A stretch of DNA of 64,000 bases, from NCBI GenBank assembly GCA_946965045.2, contig OX337228.1:2542001-2606000 (forward strand), in the 5' to 3' direction. The translations under genes were made by a program, and so were the position numbers. The notes beneath the pieces were generated by a model that saw nothing but the letters and a program-made list of their open reading frames with translations, had not been told where the DNA came from and did not search any database. Of the stretch, positions 47,790 through 58,008 are shown piece after piece. Positions within the stretch are counted from its first letter, which is position 1. Each line of letters opens with the position of its first letter. This stretch comes from Epithemia pelagica. Lineage: Eukaryota; Protista; Bacillariophyta.

Positions 47790-50564
47790 ATGACGAATCG
47801 ACGTTCTCCTCCTACCGCGGGAGGTAGATCCCATGGTCGCAACCATTCGTCGTCCTCTCCTTCAGCGTCCGCCACTGTGCAATCGAATGTGACTCAATTC
47901 TTTTCAGCGACACCCGCCCAGGCCACCAACTCGGCATCTCGTTCTGCTGCGACGTCGCGTCGTCCTACCGAAACCCCAGCGGCTTCCTCTGGTCCGGCCT
48001 CCGGTCCACGCATGAGTTCTTCGACGGCGCCCGCTCCGGCGTCGACAATTCGACCGACTTATGCTGGAGTGGCGGCCATGGAAGTCGAATCCGGTCCTTC
48101 TCGAGAGGATCCAGCTGATCCCATTGTCGACTCCTCCCCCCGTCGTGGTATTGCTCCGGACTCGATCCGCCCGCCCCGTTCGCCTCCTAATTCCAGGGCC
48201 CGCCGGTCGCAATCTCAACAACGGTCGCCATCGGGACGTGGTTCTCCGAGCTCTCGTCGGTCTCGCTCCCATCGCTCTCGCAATCGTTCGGCACCCACGT
48301 CTCCGGCTACCACCACAGCCACGCCTTTGGCTCCTTTGGTTCCAGGTCGAGGTGGTCGCGCCCCGGTGGGTAGCGTTTCATCGAGCAGCGGTCGTGGACG
48401 CGGCCGTTCCATCCAGGAATCTCGGACCCCCCGATCGGCTTCTATGCAGGATGTTCCCATGGCTGAAGCTCGACTTGTGTCCGACGGAGCTACGACGTGC
48501 TCCCAGAGGGCTGCTCCAGCGGTGGCGATGGCCAGTGTTCTGGCACCCAATCCCCCCGCTCGTCCCCCCGCCTCGTCGTCCCAGTCTAGTCGTGAGCGCA
48601 CTACTCAGAACTCGTCCCAGACGTCTCCCAATCGCGGTGGTTTTCAAGCCCTTTTGGATGCTGAAGTACAGGCGCTTCAGGCGGAGCGCAATCAACAAGC
48701 TGAAGATACGGCTTCCGGTGGGGCTGCGGCCACGGCCCCCTCGGCCCCTGGCGCGGATACGGACATGTCCGACGCGGCGACTGTTGCCACCGACAACACG
48801 GAGGGCTCCTTCGTTCAAATGTTTGTCCACCAACCGGTGGCTGCGACGGTCCCCACCTCGGTGGGCATTGCCCCTCGTCCCAGACAATCGACGGCTCCTC
48901 GTCCCCCGGGTCCGACGCTCCAATCCACCAATCCGTATCTTCGTACAGAGCTTCTTCCGCCGCGCTCGGTCGAGGCCCGTTACGAGATGCGGCTTCAGCT
49001 GGCGCCTTCTAGTAATGCCGACGCGGAACTCCGGTCTACCTTGGTAGCGTTTTTTGCCAAATTGCGGGAGTACGATCCTACTCTCGTCATTCATCCATGG
49101 TCGGATCGCGACAACACCACGCAACAAAACGGTCAACGCCAGTGGCGCTCCCTGGCCAAACCCGATGATATCCCTGCTACTATGGATGGGATGAGGCGGT
49201 ACTTCCCGCGCGCTTTGCCTAAACCCACTGGCGGCTTCGTCTACCCCTCCATTCATCTCGGGCATTCCCGGCCGTTTACGTCACTCAAGCACGACCTATC
49301 CTGGTGGTTTCAAAGCGAGCGCCATGGTTTGTGGCCCAGACAACTACAATGTGAATCTACCTATATTGTGGGTTGGGGTTTGTACTCGCTACAATCCATT
49401 GATGTTCCGGCCCTCAAGCGGGAACTGGAAGAAGCGCTCGGATTCCCTCTCGGGCTGCGTTGGCGTACCATCCAAACTGGTCAAGCGGGTGCCATTCCTC
49501 CAGACCAGATGGCGAAGGCTCTCCATTTTGAGGTCAACCGTCTCCACAAGCGTGAGGCTAAACGTCGTCTGGCTGACCTGTATGCCCGTACTGCGACGCG
49601 TTTCCCGTTAGGGATCAAAATGCGTCTCGTGTGGCCTTTGTCGGATGTCATGAACCTTCGGACTCGCGAGAAAGTGGCTGCCCTCCGCCTTCGGCAACTC
49701 CAATTCTGCACCCACATGAGGGGCATGCGGACATGGGAGTTACACTCGATCGACCAGCCGGATTCGGAAACCAATTTAACCCTCCGCGCTCGATTGATGG
49801 AAATTCGTAGTACGGTTGATGGTCATCAGTTATTCCATTCGGTGGACCCCAGCCATATTGGGGAGGGAGCCATGCAGTTTGCCTTTCACCCCGCCCGCGA
49901 ACAAGAAGCCCGGGCGATGATTATCGCTCTCATTCCATATCTACGTTGGAAGATGGCTGAAGAAGTGCCTAACTTGTCGGATGTTGCTCGTGAGCGTTTT
50001 TTCGCCAAAACTCTTTACTGCCATTTTAGCAAGGATGCCCTTGATCGAGCGGTGGGTGCCGTGTGGAATCCCACCACCATGACCGTGGATTCCCCGGCAG
50101 ACGACTACAACGGTTGGGTCTTTGATTCGGGCGATGGCGAGTTGGATTGTTCTGGCTTTGGCGACGACGCCACTCCTGCCTCGACTTTGACGACGGCTAT
50201 TACGTCTCCCCTTGTTCGGCCCCACGACGCTGCCGGGGATCAGGACAGTGTTTCTACCTTGCCCCAAGGCACCTCGCTGGCCTCTACTGCTAGCACTGGT
50301 TCGCAATCTACCACCAATCGTGGCCCACCCGACCCCGGAGTGGGCCCGTCTGCGGCCACTACGGCCTCGTCGATTTCCTCTCCCTCGGATCATCTTTCCC
50401 AGAACCCTAATCTTCAATCGTTTTTGACTTCTTTGACCTCTCTGCTCTCCACGTTACCCGACTCGGCGCAGACCCAAGACCTTCGCTCCCAGCTCGCTTC
50501 TTTGACCTCGGCTTCTTCCGCTTCCCCGTCGACCCCGCCCTCGGCGACGGGGCAGGGCCATTAG
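47790..50564 (+). CDS. LINE ORF1 protein
   Basis: Long intact ORF ~97 bp after the element start; low-complexity termini around a globular central region. Confidence 0.85.
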   Translation: MTNRRSPPTAGGRSHGRNHSSSSPSASATVQSNVTQFFSATPAQATNSASRSAATSRRPTETPAASSGPASGPRMSSSTAPAPASTIRPTYAGVAAMEVESGPSREDPADPIVDSSPRRGIAPDSIRPPRSPPNSRARRSQSQQRSPSGRGSPSSRRSRSHRSRNRSAPTSPATTTATPLAPLVPGRGGRAPVGSVSSSSGRGRGRSIQESRTPRSASMQDVPMAEARLVSDGATTCSQRAAPAVAMASVLAPNPPARPPASSSQSSRERTTQNSSQTSPNRGGFQALLDAEVQALQAERNQQAEDTASGGAAATAPSAPGADTDMSDAATVATDNTEGSFVQMFVHQPVAATVPTSVGIAPRPRQSTAPRPPGPTLQSTNPYLRTELLPPRSVEARYEMRLQLAPSSNADAELRSTLVAFFAKLREYDPTLVIHPWSDRDNTTQQNGQRQWRSLAKPDDIPATMDGMRRYFPRALPKPTGGFVYPSIHLGHSRPFTSLKHDLSWWFQSERHGLWPRQLQCESTYIVGWGLYSLQSIDVPALKRELEEALGFPLGLRWRTIQTGQAGAIPPDQMAKALHFEVNRLHKREAKRRLADLYARTATRFPLGIKMRLVWPLSDVMNLRTREKVAALRLRQLQFCTHMRGMRTWELHSIDQPDSETNLTLRARLMEIRSTVDGHQLFHSVDPSHIGEGAMQFAFHPAREQEARAMIIALIPYLRWKMAEEVPNLSDVARERFFAKTLYCHFSKDALDRAVGAVWNPTTMTVDSPADDYNGWVFDSGDGELDCSGFGDDATPASTLTTAITSPLVRPHDAAGDQDSVSTLPQGTSLASTASTGSQSTTNRGPPDPGVGPSAATTASSISSPSDHLSQNPNLQSFLTSLTSLLSTLPDSAQTQDLRSQLASLTSASSASPSTPPSATGQGH

Positions 50565-50703
50565 TCCCTCCACCTCGTCCCGGCGCTCGCCCCTTACGAC
50601 CCGGGACACCGAGAGGACTGCAATAAGGCCCCTTTCCTCCCCCTCTGTCTCTGAGGAGTGGGGGGACCCCCTAGCCACTTCTCCATCAGATCAAATTCTC
50701 CGT

Positions 50704-53700
50704 GTGGTGGCGCAAAATGTGTCTGGTCTGCCCCTGCAGGCTACACACCCCAAATACGCGGAACTCCAAGCTTTTATCCTTGACAACAAAATCGATGTCC
50801 TGTGCCTTTCGGAACTAAATATTGCCTGGCACAACCTACAAGAAGAACAACAATTCTCCCATTTAGTACGCCCGTGGTTTCAGTCTACCTTCACCAAAGT
50901 AGCGTGGCACACTGACCGCGATTGGTCCTCCCCTTTTCAACGCGGTGGCGTGGGTTTGTTGGTCCGGGATAGTCATACAGGGCGGGTGTGTGGGTCGGGC
51001 AGTGACCCGTCCGGCCTTGGCCGGTGGGTCTGGGTGCGCTTACGGGGTCACCATGGCTCCTTATTACGCATTGTCAGCGCGTATCGCCCGGTTCTCAATC
51101 CCCGTGACGCGGGCTCAACGTGGAATCAGCACTCTCGGGTTTTTGAATCTTCCGACCCTCCCCGACTTGGGGACCCACGGCAACTATTTCTCGACGACCT
51201 CCAGGTGATGCTTCAGTCGGCCTACGATTCTGGGGAACAGATCTTGTTGGCCCTTGACGCCAACGAACCCCTGCTGTGGACGCCAGCCAACGTGGTCGAC
51301 CAAGCTATGGCTCCGTTTTCCATGTCTAACCTTCACTTCCATCGTCATGACAGAGCTACTGCACCACCGACCCACAACCGTGGGTCGCGACCTATTGATG
51401 CTATGTTCGGGTCGTCCCCCTCTTTGACGGGCAGCCAGTGCGGCTATTTCTCCTTTGGTGAGGCCCCTGGGGATCATCGCGCCCTGTGGGTAGACATCCC
51501 CTTGGTTGAGGTTTTCGGTGTCATGTCGGCACCTGTCACTCCACGCGTCGCACGTCGCCTCCAGTGTCGGGACCCGCGCGTTGTTCGTCGGTACCAAACA
51601 ACCCTCCACGAATTCTACTCCCAGCATGATGTCCAGCGCCGTACCTTTCTCCTGGAACAGTCAATAACTGGGCCACTCTCCGAGGAGCAGGCGCTGGAAT
51701 GGGAACGACTCGATGCTCTCCGTGTTCAAGGCATCTTTCTGGCCGACAGCAAATGCCGGAAACTGCGGACGGGTGCTGTTCCGTGGTCTCCTATCTTAGC
51801 GCATGCACTGGCAGTTCACCGTTTCTGGGACCGACTGTACACTTCGGCGATTGGGCGCCATGTGAGTCCGAAATTTCTCCGTCGGTTGGCCACCAAAGCC
51901 GGTCTTGAACTTCCCTCGTGCATGCCGGTGGATGAAATCCTGCTGCACAGGCAGACGGCTTGGGCCGAATACAAACGGCTCAAGCGAGATGCTCCCCACG
52001 CTCGGCAGGCCTTCCTCCATTCTCTGATAGACGCACGCGCCGCTGCGGGTTGGGATTCGGCCAAATCCGGCTTAGCCAACCTTCTCCGCCGTGAGCAACA
52101 GCGCCAGGATGCTCGGACTCTCCGCCAAGTTCTTGCTCCTACGTCTCGGAAAGGCCTTACAGAAGTTCAGCTCCCCTCGGGCCCCGGGGCCTGGGTGGAC
52201 GGCGAATGGGACGGTGCTTGGGTGACCAGGACAGACCGTGATGGGATGGAAACTGGTTGTCTCGCGGAAAACGATCGACGGTTCCGCCAGGCGTCTGACA
52301 CGGATCTTTTACAACCCGCCCTTGTTCAGGCTTTGGGGCCTACCGGTACTTCGGCCTATGCCGACCAGTTATTGACCTCGGGAGATCCTTCGCGTGTGGC
52401 TGATCTCATCTCCCCAGAAGCCGCGGTTTACCTCTCCCACCACCGCCGACCCTCTGTACTCGTCGCGCCTCATCCATTTGATCTTGACTTTCGTACTCCG
52501 GCTTACTGTGCCTCGTGGCAGAAGATGGACGAGTATACCGCCTCCGGTCCTTCAGGTCTTCATTTTGGCCATTTCATGGCTAATAGTCTCTCGCCGTCCT
52601 TGGGTTCGGTGGACGCCGCATTGGGCCGGATTCCCTCTATTTCTGGGTACCTTCCGGTCCGGTGGCAACAAGGGTTGAATGTAATGTTGGAGAAGAAGCC
52701 CGGCGTGGTTAAAGTCTCCAAGCTTCGTACCATTCTTCTGTACGAAGCTGACTTTAACCACAACAACAAGCTGATGGGGCGGTCGATGATGCGATACGCC
52801 GAGGCGAATTCCTTGTTAGCCCCAGAACAGTATGGCAGTCAGCGAGGCCATAGCGCCATTTACCAGTGTTTGAACAAGGTTCTAACCTTTGACCTTATGC
52901 GACAAACACGCCGTCCCGGTGGTCTGTGTTCCAATGACGCGAAGTCGTGCTACGACCGTATTGGCCATAGCTCGGCGGGGTTAGCCATGCAGCGCTGTGG
53001 TGTTCCTCCCTCTTTGGTAGACGCGTCGTTGGGGCCGATCCAACACCTTCGCCACTTTATTCGTACAGCGTATGGTGACTCAACGATATCTTTCTCGGCT
53101 GCTGGGCACTTGGTTCCGGTCCAAGGCATCGGTCAAGGCAATGGGGCTGGACCTGCAATTTGGGCGGTCGTCAGTACCCCGATTTTCAATGCCATGAGGC
53201 AACGCGGTTATGGTCTTTTTCTTCGCTCCCCCCATTCGGGCTCGTCCTTTTTGTTCGTGGGCTATGCGTTCGTGGACGACACCGACCTGGTCGTCGATGG
53301 TGTGTCTGCTTCCGCTACAGCGACTCAGGTGGCCGAGCGACTCCAAGCTAGTGCCAACTTTTGGGAGGCGTCTCTTCGGGCCTCTGGTGGTGCGTTGTCG
53401 CCGGCCAAATGCCACTGGTACCTTGTGGATCATCGTTGGCATGACGGCCAGTGGCGCTTGGTAGCTCCGGCTGACTCTCCTGCCACTTTGCGGATACGGT
53501 CACCTTCCGGCCGCGTAGTTCCTATTGAGCGCGTTTCTCCCATGGAGGCTCGCAAAACGCTCGGGGTTTGGACGGCGCCTGATGGTAGCATGAAAGCGGA
53601 ATATGCCTATTTGGAGTCGAAAGTTAAAAACTGGACCGAACGGATTCGCGTCAGGACCTTGCCCCACCACCTCGTCTGGTTGTCACTCCACACCGGTATC

Positions 53701-56307
53701 TTCAAAACGCTCCAATACCCACTAGCTGCTACGACGTTTTCCGAAGCTGAATGCCGATCACTTTGCTCTCCGCTACTGAAGATTGGCCTCAGTCGCTCGC
53801 ACATTGTTCGGTCGATGCCGCGGCCCGTGGTCCACGGTCCTCAGGTGACGGGTGGGTTTGCGGTTCCTGACTTGTACGTGGAGCAAGCTATTGCTCACCT
53901 GACGGCCTTCATCTCTTTTGGACACTCTGAATCGTCTATTACCGGCTTCCTCCTTCGCAACACCCTTGAGTTTCTGCAGCTGGAGTTGGGCACTGCAGGT
54001 AATCCCCTTGCGTTGAATTTCCAGGACTGGTCCAAATGCGCGGTGCCCACGTGGTGTACGAGCTTATGGTCTTTTTGTTCTCGCTACTCCGTCGCGCTCT
54101 CATCTCCCATTCCGGCCATCCCTATATTACGCGCGGGTGACTCCTTTCTCATGGCGGCTTTTTGGTCGGCTGGTATTCGCAATCCTACTGCCCTGGCCCG
54201 GCTCAACGCGTGTCGTATGTTCCTTCGAGCCTTTACTCTAGCTGATATCACTTCGGTTGATGGGCGGTATATCCTTCTGGACGCCTGGACTGGGTCCGGT
54301 CCGTGCAGCCGCCGACCGCATCTTGAATGGTGGCCTCGTTCCCCGCCGACATCTGCCCTTGCCTGGCATGAATGGCGGGAAGCCCTAATGTCTACCTTTG
54401 GGGTGGAGGCCCGTTTTCGTCGAGTGGTTACGACTCTGGGGTCTTGGGATGTCCCGTCCGTCCTTTCCTCTTTAGCGTTGTTTTGTCCCCATTGGAACCG
54501 ACTGTGCCTTCCCCGCGGGGATGGCATCTGGCAGCTGGCGATTGCACGCCCTTCTCTTCGTGGTCGCCCCGTTTTTGATCTCTCTCCAAAATATTTGTCA
54601 GTTGCTAGTTTGGCCTTGTATCCTCCCTTATTTGCAGCCGACATCTATGGCCCATCTGCATCGCCGACCCTTTTGTACACCGACTCAGTCCCTGTGGACC
54701 TGTCCGTCTTATTCCCCCCTCCCCCTTCAACCCCTGTCTCTTTTGATTGGGGTTGTCCGGTCTTGGCTCAAGTGACTCCGGTTTGGTTTATCCCGCCCTC
54801 GGACGCGGTGCTGTCGCGTATCGTGTCGGCCCTCCATTTGGGTCAGTTGGCTGCTTTTTCGGATGGCTCCGCTCGGGAATCCGTGGCTGGTACTTGTGCC
54901 TGGGGGATCGCGACGACTGATTCTGAGGTTGCCGTCCTCGCCGCCGGTTTTCGTATTCCTGGCCCAGTTGCGGCCCATTGTTCCTTTCGAAGTGAGTTGG
55001 CTGGAGTAATTGGGATCGCGTCCCTTTTGCGCTGTGTCGCCCGCTGGGTGCCCGACCTCCAGGGCACTGTCCATTTTGCAACGGATAGCGACTCGGTGTT
55101 GGGCAGAGTATTCCGTCGACCCACTCCGGCTACTGTCGCGGATCACAGTTGGGATCTGTTGTCCTACTGCCGCTTTCTTTTAGATGGCCTCCCAGCAATC
55201 CACTGGCATGGGTTCCACGTCAAAGGGCATCAGGACCAGGGTTCTGCTCCATTGGATATATGGGCGCGACGGAATATTTACATGGATTCATGCGCCTCGG
55301 CAGTGTACTCGCTTGTTTCTCCGAATTGCTTCCCGTCTTTTCCTACCGCGCCCCTCCCTTCGCTCTCTGTGGGCGAAAAGGAGGTGGTTTCCTCCCTGGC
55401 AGCTACCATCCGGGAACACGTCCTTCGGCCACCATTGGTCGATCATTGGCAGAGACTCCAACGATTTGGTCGGGCTCCCTCGTCGTCGGTTGATTGGGCT
55501 GCTCGCTCCCTCGCCCTCGGACAACTCCAACAAAACCGCCGCCACTGGGTGATCAAGCATACGGCGACTCGCTCGGCAGTGGGCGTCGAGATGGTTCGGC
55601 GTCGGAAGTGGCGCGACCCTCGATGCCCCCGGTGTGGCGCAGCGGTGGAGTCGGCGGACCATGTCCTTCAGTGTTCCCATCCGGAGGCCAAAGCTCTCTG
55701 GCATGAGGCATTGGCCCGCCTTGACCGATGGATGGCCTTACGGCACACCCAGCCCACGGTGGCACGGTTCATTTTAGACCATCTGCGCGCATGGGTTGAG
55801 GACACGGAGTACGTGGCTCCCTTTACGTCCGTTCCTGGTTTGCGGGAAGCGGTGACAGACCAAGCACAAATGGGATGGACGGCTGCAGTCATGGGATTTT
55901 GGTCGAATCACTGGGCAGAAATACAACAAGCGCATTATAGATTCCTCGGGAAAAGGTACTCCGGTCGACGGTGGCTTGCGTTGCTCATCCAGCAGATTTG
56001 GAACACCTCGTGGGACCAATGGGAACATCGCAACGCGATTTACCATGCCAACGAGGCTCTCCGCCTCCACGCGGAGCGTCAGGACGCCATCCGACTGGCG
56101 TATTCGGGCCCTCTCCGTTCTACTCCTCTTTTACGTCTCCTTTTTCGCCGTCCCTTGGAGCGCCGTCTCCAAGATCCGCCTCACATCCAACAGGCTTTTC
56201 TGCGTCGGCTTTCTACTCCGATTGTCTCTGCTGCTGCTCGGTCCCTGCGACGACAACAGCGCGCCTTTCGGTCCTTTTTCCTTCAGCCACGGGCTTCGTC
56301 TTCCTAG
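50704..56307 (+). CDS. LINE ORF2: AP endonuclease, reverse transcriptase, RNase H, CCHC finger (frame open from 50506; no ATG at start)
   Basis: APE QNVSG / LSELN / LALDAN / PIDAMF / GDHRAL; RT NDAKSCYDRI, QGNGAGP, FVDDTD; RH FSDGS...SFRSELAG...TDSDS...HVKGHQD; CPRC...DHVLQC. Confidence 0.95.
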   Translation: MVAQNVSGLPLQATHPKYAELQAFILDNKIDVLCLSELNIAWHNLQEEQQFSHLVRPWFQSTFTKVAWHTDRDWSSPFQRGGVGLLVRDSHTGRVCGSGSDPSGLGRWVWVRLRGHHGSLLRIVSAYRPVLNPRDAGSTWNQHSRVFESSDPPRLGDPRQLFLDDLQVMLQSAYDSGEQILLALDANEPLLWTPANVVDQAMAPFSMSNLHFHRHDRATAPPTHNRGSRPIDAMFGSSPSLTGSQCGYFSFGEAPGDHRALWVDIPLVEVFGVMSAPVTPRVARRLQCRDPRVVRRYQTTLHEFYSQHDVQRRTFLLEQSITGPLSEEQALEWERLDALRVQGIFLADSKCRKLRTGAVPWSPILAHALAVHRFWDRLYTSAIGRHVSPKFLRRLATKAGLELPSCMPVDEILLHRQTAWAEYKRLKRDAPHARQAFLHSLIDARAAAGWDSAKSGLANLLRREQQRQDARTLRQVLAPTSRKGLTEVQLPSGPGAWVDGEWDGAWVTRTDRDGMETGCLAENDRRFRQASDTDLLQPALVQALGPTGTSAYADQLLTSGDPSRVADLISPEAAVYLSHHRRPSVLVAPHPFDLDFRTPAYCASWQKMDEYTASGPSGLHFGHFMANSLSPSLGSVDAALGRIPSISGYLPVRWQQGLNVMLEKKPGVVKVSKLRTILLYEADFNHNNKLMGRSMMRYAEANSLLAPEQYGSQRGHSAIYQCLNKVLTFDLMRQTRRPGGLCSNDAKSCYDRIGHSSAGLAMQRCGVPPSLVDASLGPIQHLRHFIRTAYGDSTISFSAAGHLVPVQGIGQGNGAGPAIWAVVSTPIFNAMRQRGYGLFLRSPHSGSSFLFVGYAFVDDTDLVVDGVSASATATQVAERLQASANFWEASLRASGGALSPAKCHWYLVDHRWHDGQWRLVAPADSPATLRIRSPSGRVVPIERVSPMEARKTLGVWTAPDGSMKAEYAYLESKVKNWTERIRVRTLPHHLVWLSLHTGIFKTLQYPLAATTFSEAECRSLCSPLLKIGLSRSHIVRSMPRPVVHGPQVTGGFAVPDLYVEQAIAHLTAFISFGHSESSITGFLLRNTLEFLQLELGTAGNPLALNFQDWSKCAVPTWCTSLWSFCSRYSVALSSPIPAIPILRAGDSFLMAAFWSAGIRNPTALARLNACRMFLRAFTLADITSVDGRYILLDAWTGSGPCSRRPHLEWWPRSPPTSALAWHEWREALMSTFGVEARFRRVVTTLGSWDVPSVLSSLALFCPHWNRLCLPRGDGIWQLAIARPSLRGRPVFDLSPKYLSVASLALYPPLFAADIYGPSASPTLLYTDSVPVDLSVLFPPPPSTPVSFDWGCPVLAQVTPVWFIPPSDAVLSRIVSALHLGQLAAFSDGSARESVAGTCAWGIATTDSEVAVLAAGFRIPGPVAAHCSFRSELAGVIGIASLLRCVARWVPDLQGTVHFATDSDSVLGRVFRRPTPATVADHSWDLLSYCRFLLDGLPAIHWHGFHVKGHQDQGSAPLDIWARRNIYMDSCASAVYSLVSPNCFPSFPTAPLPSLSVGEKEVVSSLAATIREHVLRPPLVDHWQRLQRFGRAPSSSVDWAARSLALGQLQQNRRHWVIKHTATRSAVGVEMVRRRKWRDPRCPRCGAAVESADHVLQCSHPEAKALWHEALARLDRWMALRHTQPTVARFILDHLRAWVEDTEYVAPFTSVPGLREAVTDQAQMGWTAAVMGFWSNHWAEIQQAHYRFLGKRYSGRRWLALLIQQIWNTSWDQWEHRNAIYHANEALRLHAERQDAIRLAYSGPLRSTPLLRLLFRRPLERRLQDPPHIQQAFLRRLSTPIVSAAARSLRRQQRAFRSFFLQPRASSS

Positions 56308-56529
56308 CCCGGGTGGAGCGCCCCTATTCTCGATGTGTTGTGTTCTCGACTGTGTGCATTTTACTCTTTTTCACATCTTCCATTTCCTCCTTTTTTCATG
56401 TTTCCATTGGTCGACTTGTCCGGGCGGGATTCGTCTCCCCTAGGTACACAAGCGACGTTAAAGCCTTCGGCAGTTTATCGTTAAACTAATCATTGAGTTA
56501 TTATTATTATTAGACCTTATGGAGAAGAA

Positions 56530-57925
56530 TATGCCAAAGAAAGTAGGAAGTTTGGAGGAAGTTTGGATGAGCTCGAACCTAACACATCAGGAAGACCCCA
56601 GGAATACACCTACGCCCCAGAACCTAACCTCAACAAACTCAATTCACTTCAAGATAGAGACTGCGTCGCCTGATGACAGAAGAGTGTACAGTGAGAACTT
56701 GACCCATGACCTTGTGCTTCGCGACATGGATTACACAGGGTCCCTACAAGAGCGACAGTGTCGATTAATGGCACAACACATAAAGGAGTGGCATTATTTC
56801 CGAGCGTGTCAGAGTCTCTCCCAATTCGAGGACAGTCAGATAGATAGTGCATTGGTACTCGTCATGGATGTGGTTCCGTGCATCTTGCACATGGAGAATC
56901 GCATGGGGATTCTCATCCTGTCGCTTCTAGCCAAGGTTGGCCTTAGCAATGCCAAGGCAAAGAAGCTCCGATGGATGACTGCAACGGACAAGAGATCACA
57001 GGAAACTCGAATCAAGGCTTTCGTCGACATGATGAACAAGATCATGAACACTAAAATTCTTGGCACCGAGGAGCAACCAAGGCAATGGATCTTGCCTTAT
57101 GATTCAAAGTCGAAGTCCATTGCAATAATTTGCATGGATAATGTAAGAGTACGCAAGGTTGTTGAGAAAGTTGAGGAACTGATCAATATCTGCGTAGCGA
57201 CTAAGAGTGACCGGACACTTTGGAAATCTTGTTTGTCCTACTACAGGCAGGGTTATTCGATTCTTCTGCGTAAGGAAGATCTGGACAACAGTACAATTTA
57301 TCAATTCCAGGAGAAAATTGATCTCTTCTTTGACAAGTGGATAACCCTGCATGGAGAATCCGGTGTGACAAACTACGCCCATATGTTGGGAAGTGGGCAC
57401 ATCATGGAGTTTTTGTTGCACTACAAGAACTTATCCGCCCACTCCCAACAAGGGTGGGAAGGTAAGTGTGGACGAGCAGTCCATTTGTTTCTTTGTGGAT
57501 TGTTGGCTCACATGATTCTTCTATCAGCTTTCAACTCGCTTTTCAAGCGTTTCTATTTTACTAGGACGCAGAGGGGTGGGTCGACGAATCGTGGTTTGGG
57601 ACAGCAAACAAGATTGGAACCTATTGCAAAATGGTTGCAGAGACGACTCGTATTCATGGCAGGACATGAATACGAGTACATTCAGGAAACAAACAAAACA
57701 ATGACGGCGGAAGAGAAAGCGGCGTTCCAAAATTGGGTACAAAAAGAGAAAGGGACGATGGAGTTTTGTATGCCAATTGACAAGCAGTCAACTGGGACGA
57801 GGTTTGATAGTGACGATGACTGGGACGTGGGGGTTGGTACAACTGGTGTTTCTGGAGTTCGTGCCAGTGGAGAAGCAGAATTGGATGATGAGTTTTGGTA
57901 CGATTCTTCTGACGAGAGTCAATAA
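56530..57925 (+). CDS. RAG1/Transib-like transposase, 3' part; intron 57462-57527
   Basis: In-frame continuation (MEK-N-MPKK) after removing the LINE. Motifs VPCILHMENR, CMDNVRVRK, GVTNYAHMLGSGH and HSQQGWE-A-FNSLFKRF. Confidence 0.78.
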
Positions 57926-58008
57926 GGGAGGACGGGAGAACGAAATGCATAGTGAGAATACTACTACAGGAGTAATGAATACATATAAGAATCGATCGAG
58001 TCAAACTA

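Larger units (their letters stand above)
47693..56510 (+). mobile_element. Full-length non-LTR retrotransposon (APE-RT-RNase H; diatom Ambal-like), 8818 bp
   Basis: 19-bp TSD TAGACCTTATGGAGAAGAA at 47674-47692 and 56511-56529. (TTA)n 3' tail. Two intact ORFs. Confidence 0.95.

Noticed and set aside
47904-56489. Many 60-330 aa overlapping ORFs on both strands within the LINE
   Set aside because: Expected shadow ORFs of GC-rich coding sequence.
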